32,646 nucleotides of DNA from Seison nebaliae (Eukaryota), in the NCBI GenBank assembly GCA_023231475.1, contig JALJEE010003100.1:1-32646 (forward strand), read 5' to 3'. Under the pieces are notes generated by a model. The model saw only the letters and a program-made list of their open reading frames with translations, was not told where the DNA came from and did not search any database. The translations under genes were made by a program, and so were the position numbers. Of the stretch, positions 12,377-24,241 are shown piece after piece. Each line of letters begins with the position of its first letter. Position 1 is the stretch's first letter.

Positions 12377-13627
12377 TTAATTCTGTTCTCTAATATCGAA
12401 TGTATGAAATCCGGGAATCGAATATTTTTCAATGATCTCTTTCAAATCATTATTCAGCTGATTAGATTGATCGTTTGGGGTGGAGTAATTCGTTTCTAAA
12501 TCATTTTGAATTCGTTCGTCATCTAATTGAATACCGTTGTACATGTCACTGAGATTGCTGTGACTGACATATTGAAATTGATGACTGGATGAATTGAAAC
12601 CTTCATCAAAATTATCAATCTGTTCATAATCATTCGATGGTTTTCCTATTTTGGTTGTCAGATTCATCGATCTCATTTGATCTTTTGACAAACCGACTTT
12701 CTCTAACGTTCTTTCAATAAGTTGTGCATTACATAAATTTCCATCATATTTCTCTACATACAATTGGGGATTGACTCGAATTACTCCTAAATTATGAATT
12801 TCTTTCACCGTTTTAACGGTGGCGCCCGACCATTGTATAATAAGATTTTTGACAGTTTCCGGTTTCTTTGTCGGATTAGCTCGTTGATAAATTACACGTC
12901 GTTTCTGTTGCTTGTATGGTAACCATCGTTCGACGATGAGAGATCTGGGCTTCGGTGGTAATGGTGGTAAACGTTCAATTATGACACGTCTAGGTGGTGG
13001 AAGTGGAGCAGGTAATTGTTTCGTTATAACTTTCGGTCCAGGAGCTGCGGGAAGGTTTGGAGGATTCTCGCGCACAACTAATGGTGGAGGTGTTGATGCA
13101 CGTGGAGGACGTTGACGTATAATGATTGGTGGTGCAGCTGGTGGTATCGGAGGTCTCACTTCTTTAATAATAATTGGACCAGGTGGAGGAGGTGTAGGTG
13201 GTTGGAGATATCTGACAGCCACTTCTTGTTTGTAAACGATATTCTCATTATTCTCTTTTCGAATTATTTCCGGATCTGGATCATAATTTATCTCATAATC
13301 CATCGATGATGCATTTTTAGGTAATATTAAATCTTGATTAATTATTTCATTTCTTATCAAATTTCCCTTGTGATTGTTATGGGACGGAAAATTATAGTTC
13401 TCATCTGGGTTATTTTGGGATGGAAAATTATAATTTTCATTTTGGTAATTTTGGGATGGAAAATTATAATTTTCATTATAATATTTGTTGTTATTGATAT
13501 TATTAGTAAATTGATGAGTTGATTGATGATTGTTAACGATGAATTGGCGATAATAATCCATTAACTCATTTGAACTCGATTCATTAACATTTCGAGGATA
13601 ATCATTTCTCTGCATGAATTCCATCAT
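12377..13627 (-). CDS. Uncharacterised intronless proline-rich protein (first ATG 13627)
   Basis: Long open frame with core YDPDPEII...YKQEVAVRYLQPPTPPPPGPIIIKE...PPPLVVRE...PPPRRVIIERLPPLPPKPRSLIVERWLPY...KNLIIQW; convergent with Cav2. Confidence 0.85.
   Translation of the reverse strand: MMEFMQRNDYPRNVNESSSNELMDYYRQFIVNNHQSTHQFTNNINNNKYYNENYNFPSQNYQNENYNFPSQNNPDENYNFPSHNNHKGNLIRNEIINQDLILPKNASSMDYEINYDPDPEIIRKENNENIVYKQEVAVRYLQPPTPPPPGPIIIKEVRPPIPPAAPPIIIRQRPPRASTPPPLVVRENPPNLPAAPGPKVITKQLPAPLPPPRRVIIERLPPLPPKPRSLIVERWLPYKQQKRRVIYQRANPTKKPETVKNLIIQWSGATVKTVKEIHNLGVIRVNPQLYVEKYDGNLCNAQLIERTLEKVGLSKDQMRSMNLTTKIGKPSNDYEQIDNFDEGFNSSSHQFQYVSHSNLSDMYNGIQLDDERIQNDLETNYSTPNDQSNQLNNDLKEIIEKYSIPGFHTFDIREQN
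13376..13477 (-). repeat. Coding tandem repeat, 36-nt period, about 2.8 copies ([N/D]ENYNFPS[Q/H]N)
   Basis: NENYNFPSQNYQ NENYNFPSQNNP DENYNFPSHN visible in both protein and DNA. Confidence 0.9.
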
Positions 13628-14322
13628 GGAGTTAATTGTATGTGAAGTCAAAATGTATGAGAAAGAAATTATTTTTACGTTTCGTAAAGGATTACAAATG
13701 AGAAGGAATCATTTAATAAGAAATGAAGTATAACTAAAGATGAACTGAACATCAACCCGGATGTCTTTAAATACTTTCCTATTTCATCTAATTCTTCTTC
13801 GTTCTCATCCTCTACACATCCCTCTCATGAGCAAATTAATTTTAATATTTTCAATTTATATTTCCCCTTTTTATCTTATCCATCTATCCATCAACATTTC
13901 CTCAACCATCAGTATACGAATTTATATCGACTGAGAATTAATCGTATCTCGCAAATGTTCCGCCCTCAATTATCCACATTCTTCTATTCTTTTGTTCAAC
14001 CTCAATATTCTCTCGCTTCATAATTGAAATTTTCGTGTTCTACACTCAAACACAATAAGAACGTAAGAAACACGTCATTTAGAATGAAGGAAAGTAATGA
14101 ATAATAGAGAAATTCATCCGTAAATTAAATATCTATTAAACTCATAAACAATAAATATTATTCACTTTACTTCTTGATTTTATGAGAAGAAAATTAAATT
14201 CATTCACGTTCCTTTTATGAATGAGAAAGAAAATTTGAAAATCATTGAAGTTTATTTGAAGAGGAATAAGTTGAACGAATAGTTACGGATGATGCAAAAA
14301 ATAATTTAAAGGAAAAGAATGT

Positions 14323-17300
14323 TTAATCTACTCCACCATATCCATCAGAATTTTGAATAGCGGTTAAAATCTTCTGTCGCATAATCTCATAGTTAGGATA
14401 AGGTGGCAAATCCAATCGATTGAAACTATTTGAGAGGAAAGGAATTAAAAAGAATTTCATAGAAAATGTTATCGAACCAAGTATGTGATCGGGGAAGTTT
14501 ATCTTCCGTTCCCCATTTCTCTATCTTGAATCGTTGGGGACCATTACTGCCGAATAATTCACTGAAACCATTCCTCGGCAATCGTGTCGTGCCAGTGACG
14601 AATTGTAACAATTTTAATCTCATCGAATTATCGAAGGAGAGAACCACTTTCCAAAATACACTGATTACTCGGTCATTGTATGTGTATCCTTTATATTCGG
14701 TATTATTCATCCAATCATGAACATCGATAGTTCCAATTCCACTGATCAATAACTTTTGAAAATAATTTTGAAATTACTTATTTCTGAAATTGTCTAACTT
14801 CAATTTCTGTCGATGTCATTCCACATTGCTTTAATAAGTCCAATGGAACGATTTCGTTGAAACCTTCTTTGAATTTGTCCATTTGTGTTCGAATTCTCGA
14901 TTTAAATCGAAATTGAATTAATAAACTAAATATTAGATGAATTTAATTCGAAAGAAATAAGAGTCTTCTCTAACTCGATATATTCTTCTTTGTTCTGATT
15001 CGTCACACGAATGTTCTTTCCATCTTCTTTCAATTCCACTTCTTTTATCTGGAAATTTTAATATTTTTAAATATAGAAAATTTTGGGGATAAATAGAAAC
15101 TTCTCCAAATACTTCGGTTTCGATAGTAAAATAATATTCATCTAAACATTCATCTTCATTCATTAGATCCGTTTCCAATAACCAAGTTAATGACTTGAAA
15201 TAATTTTCATCCACTTGTTCCATATCCTCCAACGTGATGGGTGAATTCAACATCATTTTATAAAATGGTCGAATAAAATAAACTGAAAATTATCGAAATA
15301 ATTTAGTGAGAGATTTCTCAAAAAATTCAAACCATCCAATAATCGATTATGATAGACAGCCATCGCAGCAATTCGACCGGCAAAATGGAAATATCTCAAA
15401 TGATGTTCATTCAATACGCCGGATAATGGATTGATTTGTAACGTATAATTGTCACTAAGGAAATAATGAGAAATTTTAATTTATTTGAAAATTCAAAACC
15501 TGGCAGCATATTCGAACAAACCATAATATGGATTGAATAATTCTTTCGATAATAATAAAAACCATTCTCTTGTTAATCCACCATAATCCAGACCTTTCTC
15601 CCCTATGAAATCAACCCACAATCTAAAAAGTTTTTTAAAAAAATCGATAAAAAACTTTGAAAGAAAATAATGAAACCTTGCTCTTAATCGTTCTGGTGTT
15701 GCCGTTTCGATGATGGTGAATGACGTTTCCAGAATCGATGAACGATACACTTTAATTTCGAACTTATTACTCAATGCGGTCGGTACGGGCAATTTTTGAC
15801 GTAATTGATTATATTGTAATCGGAACGTACTCGATTGTTGAATTTTCGGTCCACTAATCTTTTCGATACGTGGATCTTCCCATTGGGTCTTCTTATTTTC
15901 ATGATCGACGAAAAAAAATCGACCATTTACATGTCTCTTCCGTTCCCAGTTAGGTGGAAGAGGACCCAAGTTCAATAAAGCGTCTGGATAAGATTCGCTG
16001 TCGATTGGATTGTTTGGCGATTCTTTGTTTGTTCTAGGATCGATCCATGACGTAGTCTTATCAGAATGATTGATAAAGAATACGCGTCCATTTTGAGTTT
16101 TACTCATATCCCATCCATGTGGTAACGGCCATTCTTCCGCCGATGGAATACTATCACTGTTTGAATTAACATTCGATATGGTTGGTGGATTGTCCTGTTC
16201 GTCATTCACATGATATCGATTGATGTTTGATTGGTTTATCATCGATCTTCTCGGATACGGATTCGTTGTCGTTCCACCTTCAGTTGTTGTTGATGTTGCT
16301 GGTTGGGATTGAGGTCGATGCCAAGTCGTTGTACGAGTTGTGTGATCGACATAATATGTTCTGTCATTGGCATCTTTCCGTTCTTCCCATCCAGATGGCA
16401 ATGGAGGAAGTGGTGCCGATCTTCTATTTTGATCCATTCCTGCAGTAGTAGTAGTAGTAGTAGTTGATGGTGCTGCAGTTTCGTCCTGACAATCAATAAG
16501 ATAATTCAATAATTGAAATTTCTAACTGAAATATCTGCCGATTCGTCGAATTGTTTCAATGAAATTAAGAAACGAAGTACTCCTCGAACTCTCGCACGTG
16601 TGTTACTAAAAATAGGAAAGAAATTAAAAATTTGCTTTTCTACCCGCAAACAGCCATTTATGTCCTCAAATAAAATTAAAAGATTTATTCCCGAAAAATG
16701 TTAGATTAAGTTAATAAAAGAAATTTACTGTAAAGAAATGTTTAGACGAATAATATTGTCAACTATGTAAAAAATAAAGAGAAATTTGAGAACTTCTTGT
16801 TCAATAAAAGGAAAGAAAATTTTCTGAAAAATTTGCAACATTCAAATTGAAAATATTTACTTACTATTTGAATAAATTTGCTAATCTTTTAATTTTAAAT
16901 AATCACAATTCCGAAAAAAGAGTAATTACAATAATCGATATCAATTGTCGACGTATGATAAATGATGGATAATGGATAAGATCTAACGGTTTTGGTACAA
17001 GTTTCTCCGATCTCATTTGCACTTCGCCTCCCATATCGATATCACGCAAATCGATTGCACATTGTCCTCGAAAATCATGTTTGGACTAAAATCGAAAGAA
17101 CTTCAAATACACAAGAAAAAGGGAAATAGATGGAACATATCGATTCTCGTCAAAAATATCAAGAGTCATCACTTGTTCGTCGGGGAGGACCTGTTAAATT
17201 TGGATGAATTGCAGATAATAATATTTGTGAGTAAAAAAATGTTTGAAACTCGAAAATAAAATTCTTCATTCCATTCGGGATTTAAGGTCTGAATATGGAA

Positions 17301-17613
17301 TAAAGATTGAACATTTTTCAATGAGAGAGAAAGGAAACTTTCTTTCGTGTTGAGGTTTTCTGCACGTCAATTGGAACGACATTACCATCGTCGTTTGGTT
17401 CACGATTAATCAAAGTTATCTTTACAAATGGGTCACTGATGGTGAAGATATCTTTTTTTATTAAGTTTGTTGCATTAATAATTTTGAGATAAACAATCGC
17501 CACGCGTTTACCTATACGAGACTGCACGAAACAGAATAATGGAACAAGAAGAAGGAGAAAATGGAAGGAACGTAGGCTAATGCTGCTTCTTTCGTTAATC
17601 CGAATTCACCCAT
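14323..17613 (-). CDS. NEDD4: NEDD4-family E3 ubiquitin ligase (C2, three WW, HECT), 14 exons
   Basis: C2 ([29 protein letters not shown]); WW domains [67 protein letters not shown] (Cys codon split TG|T by last intron), ends GYGGVD*. ATG at 17613; one longer intron 16606-16987. Confidence 0.95.
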
Positions 17614-19072
17614 TGTTTATTTAATAAATTAAATGAAATTTTATTAAAAGTTCATTCTTCTTCTTTTTTGATTTTTCTTTTGAAAAGACTTAATTCTATG
17701 AACTGGTCGAGAAGGTTGAAAAGGGAAAACCAAAATAAAAGATATTAATTCAAATTCAATCCAATCCCTACTTGAATGCAGGAGATGTATTCAAGAGGAA
17801 GAATAATAAGAAAATTTAATCGTGTCCAATATGCAAACATGCGGACATAAACAACAAAAATAACCTCCATTTCTCTTTTTCCTCATTAATTTATACTTAT
17901 ATCTTCCTCCAATTTATTAATTTTCAATCAATTTCCTATTTTCCTAATTTTCCTCATATTTTCCGTTTTCATGATTCAAATTTCGGCTTTTCTTTTTGCA
18001 TTTAATTTTTAATTTAATATTCATAAAACTTCAAAACTTATTCTTATCGTTTATTGCCAATCAATTTGATTTTCTTTATCACGAATCATAAATGATGTTT
18101 TAAAAAATTTTAAATTTCTTCACTCTATAATATTGGTGGTTCTATAAATTTTTTAATTAATTTGTACAGTCAACAAAATAAAATTTCTCTAAATCTTTGC
18201 AATAAATTAGTTAAGCATCAATTAGTTTTTAGTTTTTGTAGTCGTTCCAATTATAGTTTTATCATAATTAGTAAAAATTTTTCCACGTTCAATGTTTCGG
18301 TTTCACTTAAAACTTAATACAAACAACTACAAATTAAACGAATGAGTAGAATGGAAGTCCTTGAAAGAAAGTAATACGAATTATATATGTCGATATATTA
18401 TTCAATATCAGTACGTACAGCACTGAAGTGTTATTGTTATAGAGGAATGGAAAGTGTGTTGAATGATTGCTTTCTTCCATGGCGGTCAATGATTGATGAA
18501 TGTGTCGATATATAATCGATGTATATTTTCGTGTATGATAATTTGCATTCACTCTTTATGAAGGACTTTTTTCCTAACGTTAGTCAATATAAGAATATGC
18601 TATCAATACACAAATTGACCAGTTGAAGAATGAATGAGGATGAAACGGTGACTCGTCGTTAACACATGCATTGGCAATTTGGTGGAGAAGTCGAAATTTA
18701 ATGGAATCATAATTATTCTATTCATTATGTTCTTTTCTTTTTTTAAACAGTTCATTTTATCATTGTTCAATGTGCTTCATAGTATATATAAAATAATTAA
18801 TTAAATTTGAGGACTGATATGGAATACATTTCTGACGAATATATAAACGTTTTGCGTCAGTCTCATTTTGGAGGAATATCGGAATATAATTTCAACTAAA
18901 TAATTATCTATTATTGAGTATTATATAAGAGGAGGAATGTCTATTTATTCATTCATATGAACGATTAAACGCGGACAACAATTTTTTAACGTGTAATGAT
19001 TGTACACAAAATTTCTCCTTTTTTACGATTATACTTCCAACTTAACATTTACTATTTCAAAAAAAATTTCTT

Positions 19073-19795
19073 ATGATGAGCAATAGTCCAATTTCAAATC
19101 TGTCGAATGAAGATCGACTGTTGGAATTATATTTAAGGTTTTCTCTCGTAACATTTATGGATCTTAAAAATGACTAGGGTCGTCTCATCGAAAAACGAGA
19201 AAATTAATTGGATGCAATTACAACAATTGTTATATTTCGGAGGATTTGATTCGTTTTCTAATTATACCATTCGACGACTGATTAGTTCTTTTTCACTTTT
19301 CCTGAAACTATAAATCTTTCTAGACATTATGGGAATTCGGAACGATAAATTATTGACATTTAACCACTTCTATTCGTTGTGGAAACATTTGAGCAGTTGG
19401 GAAGTAACATTTTATAATCATCCACACATTAATGATAAGACATTGACAATCGAACATTTCACTGATGCTCTAAATAAATTGGGTTTAAAACTGACGTCGA
19501 TTTATTTCGAATTAATTTCTTCCTCATCAAACAATCAGATTTCCATCTAAATGAAACTCAAGTACAAAGACTATTACGAAGTACGAATACGAAAAGAAGG
19601 GAGTCTTTTAAATTTGACGATTTTGTAAACATCTGTTGCATCATGCAAGTTCGTTCTCTTTCACAGTTCGTTATTTCCTCATTTCCTCAACAGACTATTA
19701 GGAAAGAATTCTTAAGTGACGACATTGGAAGTGATGGTGGTATGAACTTAACGTATGAACATTTCCTATTTGTCGTTTTCACTTTGAAAACTTAA
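19073..19795 (+). CDS. Penta-EF-hand protein, divergent ALG-2/PDCD6-like, 5 exons
   Basis: Spliced frame gives LQQLL..FSNYTIRRLINIM..LTFNHFYSLWKHLSSWEVTF..FTDALNKLDFHL..FKFDDFVNICCIMQTIRKEF..DIGSDGGMNLTYEHFLFVVF, matching the PDCD6 pattern FDDFIQ.CIVLQ...YEQYLSMVF. Only one exon appears in the ORF track. Confidence 0.8.
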
Positions 19796-20549
19796 CTTAC
19801 GAATTTTCCATCGATCCAAATACAAGATGAGTGTTGACGGTTTTACATGAATACTCTCACAACCAAACCAATAGATTTATTCTGATATATATGATACTCA
19901 AAAAGTGAGTTTGATAAAGTTTATAAATTATTAATTTTTTCATGAATAAACAACGTTTATCAAATTTAATGTATATTGATAAACTGACAAATTATGATAA
20001 AACAAAGTTGAAAAATATAAGATCTTCTCGTTAAAAAGTTTTCATAATAAACAAACTTAAAATGATAAATATTATTCATTATGTAACTATATACCTCATT
20101 AATTAAGTAATGTTGTTCGATATGAAACATTTTTATGAGTTCATCTTTCCCATCATACGAAAACACGCTAAATACAGTTATTAGTAACACATACTTTTAG
20201 ATTTCCGTTTAGATGCTTCAAAAAAAATTGAAAACTAATTTCTTCAAAGGAGTAAGTAAAAAGAATGTTCGAAAATAGTGTGATAAATTAATTTCAACAT
20301 ATTTATTAATATCAAATTTTTAATAAACGTTTAATCAAATAATTGTTAATTAATCCATTTAAATTAAAATTAATTGAAATTGTTTTTAAGTTAAATAATT
20401 ATTGGGTAATTTTACTTAAACGAAGACTGTCGACTTTACAATTTATTAGATGGTAATAAATTTTATACAAGAAATTTTAAGGAAAGAGTAATAGATTGAT
20501 GATGTTTAAAATAAAACCGAAGAAAAAACGAAGAAAATTAAGCAAGAAA

Positions 20550-21482
20550 TTAATTCTCGAACAAACTGAATGTTGGTAGTAATTCTTTGAGATTAGAGCG
20601 AACCATAGCTAAACTTTCTGAAGAATTCTTCGTTACAATAAAAATGTAAGCATTGGCGGAGAATTGTTCAATTAAAATAAACCGATCATTATTACGATAT
20701 TCAATAGACAAGAATAATGTATTCATGTTACGACAATTAACTTTGAACTTTTTTACCATGTCTGAAATTTGTTCATTTTTTTTCAAATCGTTCTGTTTCT
20801 TTTCGCCCTTGGAATTAATATGAACCGAAGCGATGACTAATAATGTACATTTCTCCAACAAGATAATCTCTTCCGCATCTAAAACATCTAATAATCGGTT
20901 GATTAATTTTTCGATTTTATCAATATCTTTTATTTGATCATGAAGGATAGCACTCCAAGCGAGATAAAGTGATTCATTCCAAATGGTCGTTGCAAAATAT
21001 TTAATTTCTTTATGATATTTCCCTTTCACTGCCGCTTTGATATCATCGCGCATTCCTCGAAATTCTTTATTCTGTTTCTCGTTTTCAATCAGATCCATTT
21101 TATGAATTAGCACATAAACTTTCGTTTCTGGTGACATGGCTTCAACGCATTCGAGACATCGCAAAAAATATTTCTTTTGTTTATCAAACGAATCCGTACG
21201 TACTTCAAACACATAAATCAACACCTCAACATTACCGAATACTTTTCCACGTTGAGCATCGACATAATTGTCCAAGAATGCTTTTTGACCACCACAATCC
21301 CAAACATTCAACACTAATTTCCCATAAAACCGTACGAACGCTTGTTCTATCTCAATAGTTATACCTAATCGTCGTGCCTCATGTGCCAAGAAGTTGGAGA
21401 AGATGATTGTTCTCATTGATGTCTTTCCTGCACCACTCTTCCCCATCAACAAAATCTTATTTCGGTCGTTTGTTGTTGGCAT
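20550..21482 (-). CDS. RRAGA: Rag GTPase A/B (Gtr1-like), intronless; likely start ATG 21482
   Basis: KILLMGKSGAGKTSMRTIIFSN, LVLNVWDCGGQ, NVEVLIYVFEV, LIHKMDL, TTIWNESLYLAWS and a roadblock-like C-terminal domain. Confidence 0.95.
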   Translation of the reverse strand: MPTTNDRNKILLMGKSGAGKTSMRTIIFSNFLAHEARRLGITIEIEQAFVRFYGKLVLNVWDCGGQKAFLDNYVDAQRGKVFGNVEVLIYVFEVRTDSFDKQKKYFLRCLECVEAMSPETKVYVLIHKMDLIENEKQNKEFRGMRDDIKAAVKGKYHKEIKYFATTIWNESLYLAWSAILHDQIKDIDKIEKLINRLLDVLDAEEIILLEKCTLLVIASVHINSKGEKKQNDLKKNEQISDMVKKFKVNCRNMNTLFLSIEYRNNDRFILIEQFSANAYIFIVTKNSSESLAMVRSNLKELLPTFSLFEN

Positions 21483-22245
21483 GATTGTTGCGGGTTGAAT
21501 GAGGCCTTGAAAAAAATTTTTTCCAAAATTTTTCAACTACCGAAAATAAAATCTACTCGAGATAAATTTAATACTTATACACTCATATCTCTTGACTTAC
21601 ATTCCATATGGACATTCCTTTCCAATTGTTTTTTTTTTAAGTGTCTTTCATCTCGTTTTTTATATCACTTTCAAGGTGAAACTGTAAGAAGAATCTTCTG
21701 AAACAAGTACTGAAGGAACATTAAATTTAAAAGTTAAGCTTAATTATATTATCAAAATTCCCAACTTTTTCTCAATTTACTTTTCTAGTTTAGCATAATC
21801 GATGAAGTAGATCGACTAACACATCCTATTCTTCCTCATTAACTTTATTGAAATTGTTCCAACAATTATTAGAAAGATTATTTTGATCATTTTAAGCTGA
21901 TATAAACAAATAAATGAATTAATTTCGGAGTTTTTAAAAAGAATAACTTATTTGGATGTTTGATTTTATGAGACGTTTTTTAAATTTTCAGACAATGACT
22001 ATAAAATTTTTATAGATAAATTATTTTTTTTATCAAAACTTACTCAAGCAGAAGTTGTAACATGTTTCAACTTCAATTCAACTTTTGTCTCAACACAACC
22101 ATCATAATTCGTTCGATATGAATTGAACATAAAACTTCGTGACGTCATTGATGTTCTCGATAGAGGGAACGTTGTGTAAAGAATGAAAAAGTAGATTTAG
22201 AGAAATAATTAGATTTCATTTGGAAAAAAGTTTTTGTGTGAAATT

Positions 22246-23112
22246 ATGATGATGTTTTCAACAGGAACTCCCGCAGTCCAACTGGATGCAGCGACACAGC
22301 AAAAAATCCAACAACAATCTCAACAACTTCTTTCCCAATTGAACATGGGTGCACCAGCAGGTGGGAATTATGTTTCTGCTGGTCATTCCGCTTCAACTTT
22401 ACAATTATCTGGTGAATTGAGTGGAGTTGACATTTCTCAAGCAGCACCGCCAACAATCGAAGTGAACGGACAAACTTTCATTCAAGTTCCTCAAAGTCAA
22501 ATTGGAGGTGGAACAGGACAAGCATCATCTCAATTGATAGATGTATTGGGAAAGGGTGAAGGTGAGAAAGTAATGAAAGGTTAGAATGATTATTTTGAGA
22601 AAAGTTTTTTTTCTAAATTATAATGCCAAATTAGAATTAAAAACGAAATCAAGATCTGCTAAAATCGATGTTCCTAAAGGTTGGGGAAAAGGTAAAATAA
22701 TGAGTGGTTAATATTTGAATCGATTTGAAAAATTAATTTGGAATTAATTCTTAGAGGAAGAAATGAGAGGACAACAAGAACCTAGTGACGACGAAGACGA
22801 TCATAGAAAAATTGATGCCAAACCATTATATAATCAACAGAATAAGAATCAAAATTTTGATCTTTCTAAATTTCCTAAAGGTTTCCTTTCAGTTTAGAAA
22901 TTATACTCATCAAATTAAATTTAGGTACGATGGTATTGAATGGAGATGAAGATTGGAAATCATTAATAATGAACAACAACAACAATAATCATAGTTTTGG
23001 GAAGCCGATAATTGACAATGGAAATCTTGGAAATATAATTTCGTCTTTAAAATCCTCTTCTTCAATGACGACAGGCAACGCCCCAAATGTCATTAATTTG
23101 AGTGGAGATTAA
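22246..23112 (+). CDS. Uncharacterised low-complexity protein, 4 exons
   Basis: ORFs 22234-22584 and 22930-23112 join through three short phase-1 GT-AG introns into one frame (Q/G/S-rich, then acidic, then N-rich); no domain recognised. Confidence 0.7.
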
Positions 23113-23310
23113 ACGATTGAATGGAGAGAAAATGTGAAAAGAATAGAATAGATTCAAATGAATTAAATTATTTCTTAATAAAATATATCTCATCGAAAAA
23201 TTTTTATTTTCAATGAACTTCAATTACATCTTTTCTTGTGTTGTGTTATTGTGAGTCACTATAACTATTGTCTGAATTTGAAATGCAAAGTGTACAATTA
23301 AAATATTATT

Positions 23311-23350
23311 ACACATACACATACAAATACACACATACACACACACACAT
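23311..23350. repeat. Imperfect (CA)n microsatellite
   Basis: acacatacacatacaaatacacacatacacacacacacat. Confidence 0.8.
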
Positions 23351-24241
23351 TGATATCCAATGTCATTTAGGACGTGAAATAATAAAATTAGGTAGAATTT
23401 TATATTATTAATGTGACAGTAAAGAAAAAATTTCATTTCGTCCACTTTTTTCCCTACGAATAGAGTAAAGAAATAAATTAACGTGCCAGTTCGAAACGCA
23501 TCTTTCGATGTCAACTAAATTAATCTTGAATTGTTAAGCTTATAATTTATAATTCAAAATTATTGAAGTAACATGATCATATCATATGAAAAATTTATTT
23601 TTTTACTATACGATCCATGAAATGTTGTGGCAGAATTGCAGGCTGTAAATAAAGCGAAAGCTATAACTTCAACGAAATCGTAATGTATTCGCAGTTGAGG
23701 TGGAAGCTTAATATAGGATCTTTCCATAATGAGCCAAAACATTAAGAATTCGTCTGTTACGTGCGCCAACTTAAAGACAGAAGATATTTCATAAATTGGA
23801 TTTGATGTTAGACCTAATATGAAAATTAGATAGATAATCAGTTCTCTAGTAGTCGAATTCATAATCGATTGAAGAATTCGAATACTGTGAATTGATCTTC
23901 CTTAATCATTCCGAATCATTTGGGAACGAGAATTTTATTTTCATTTCCTCCAAATACATTTCTCTCAAATTAATTCTTTTCATTTTTTCTGTATAGTTCG
24001 AGAAAAATGATTTGGAATGAAAGAGAGATTGCAGTTTAATAATTTCCAAATTTAAAAAATTAAATGAATTAATTTGAAAAAGAAATTACACGAATTGTAT
24101 TAGCCCGAATGGGATTGTGTGGAAGATAGTGAGATAAAATTTTTCTATGTGTAACGAAGCCTAAGATCCAACTCTCTTTTTTCTTTTGTCCATCCAAGAT
24201 TTCATTCATTCATATTACCTATACGTATTTGTCATTTTGAA

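Noticed and set aside
14426..14490. HECT catalytic Cys appears replaced by Trp (LPRSHTW) in the ORF track
   Set aside because: The codon is split by an intron (TG|gttcga...aatag|T), restoring [12 protein letters not shown].
12377..17613. Functional pairing of the proline-rich protein with the adjacent WW-domain ligase
   Set aside because: No PPxY motif in the protein and adjacency alone is not evidence in an animal genome.
18334..18725. Possible small spliced gene on the minus strand (GACTAAC..TTAG near 18575-18590)
   Set aside because: No unique frame or recognisable product; left unresolved.
23224..23862. Two hydrophobic minus-strand ORFs (100 aa, 96 aa) as one membrane-protein gene
   Set aside because: I could not join them in frame with a plausible intron and one runs through a microsatellite; the 100-aa ORF cannot be excluded.
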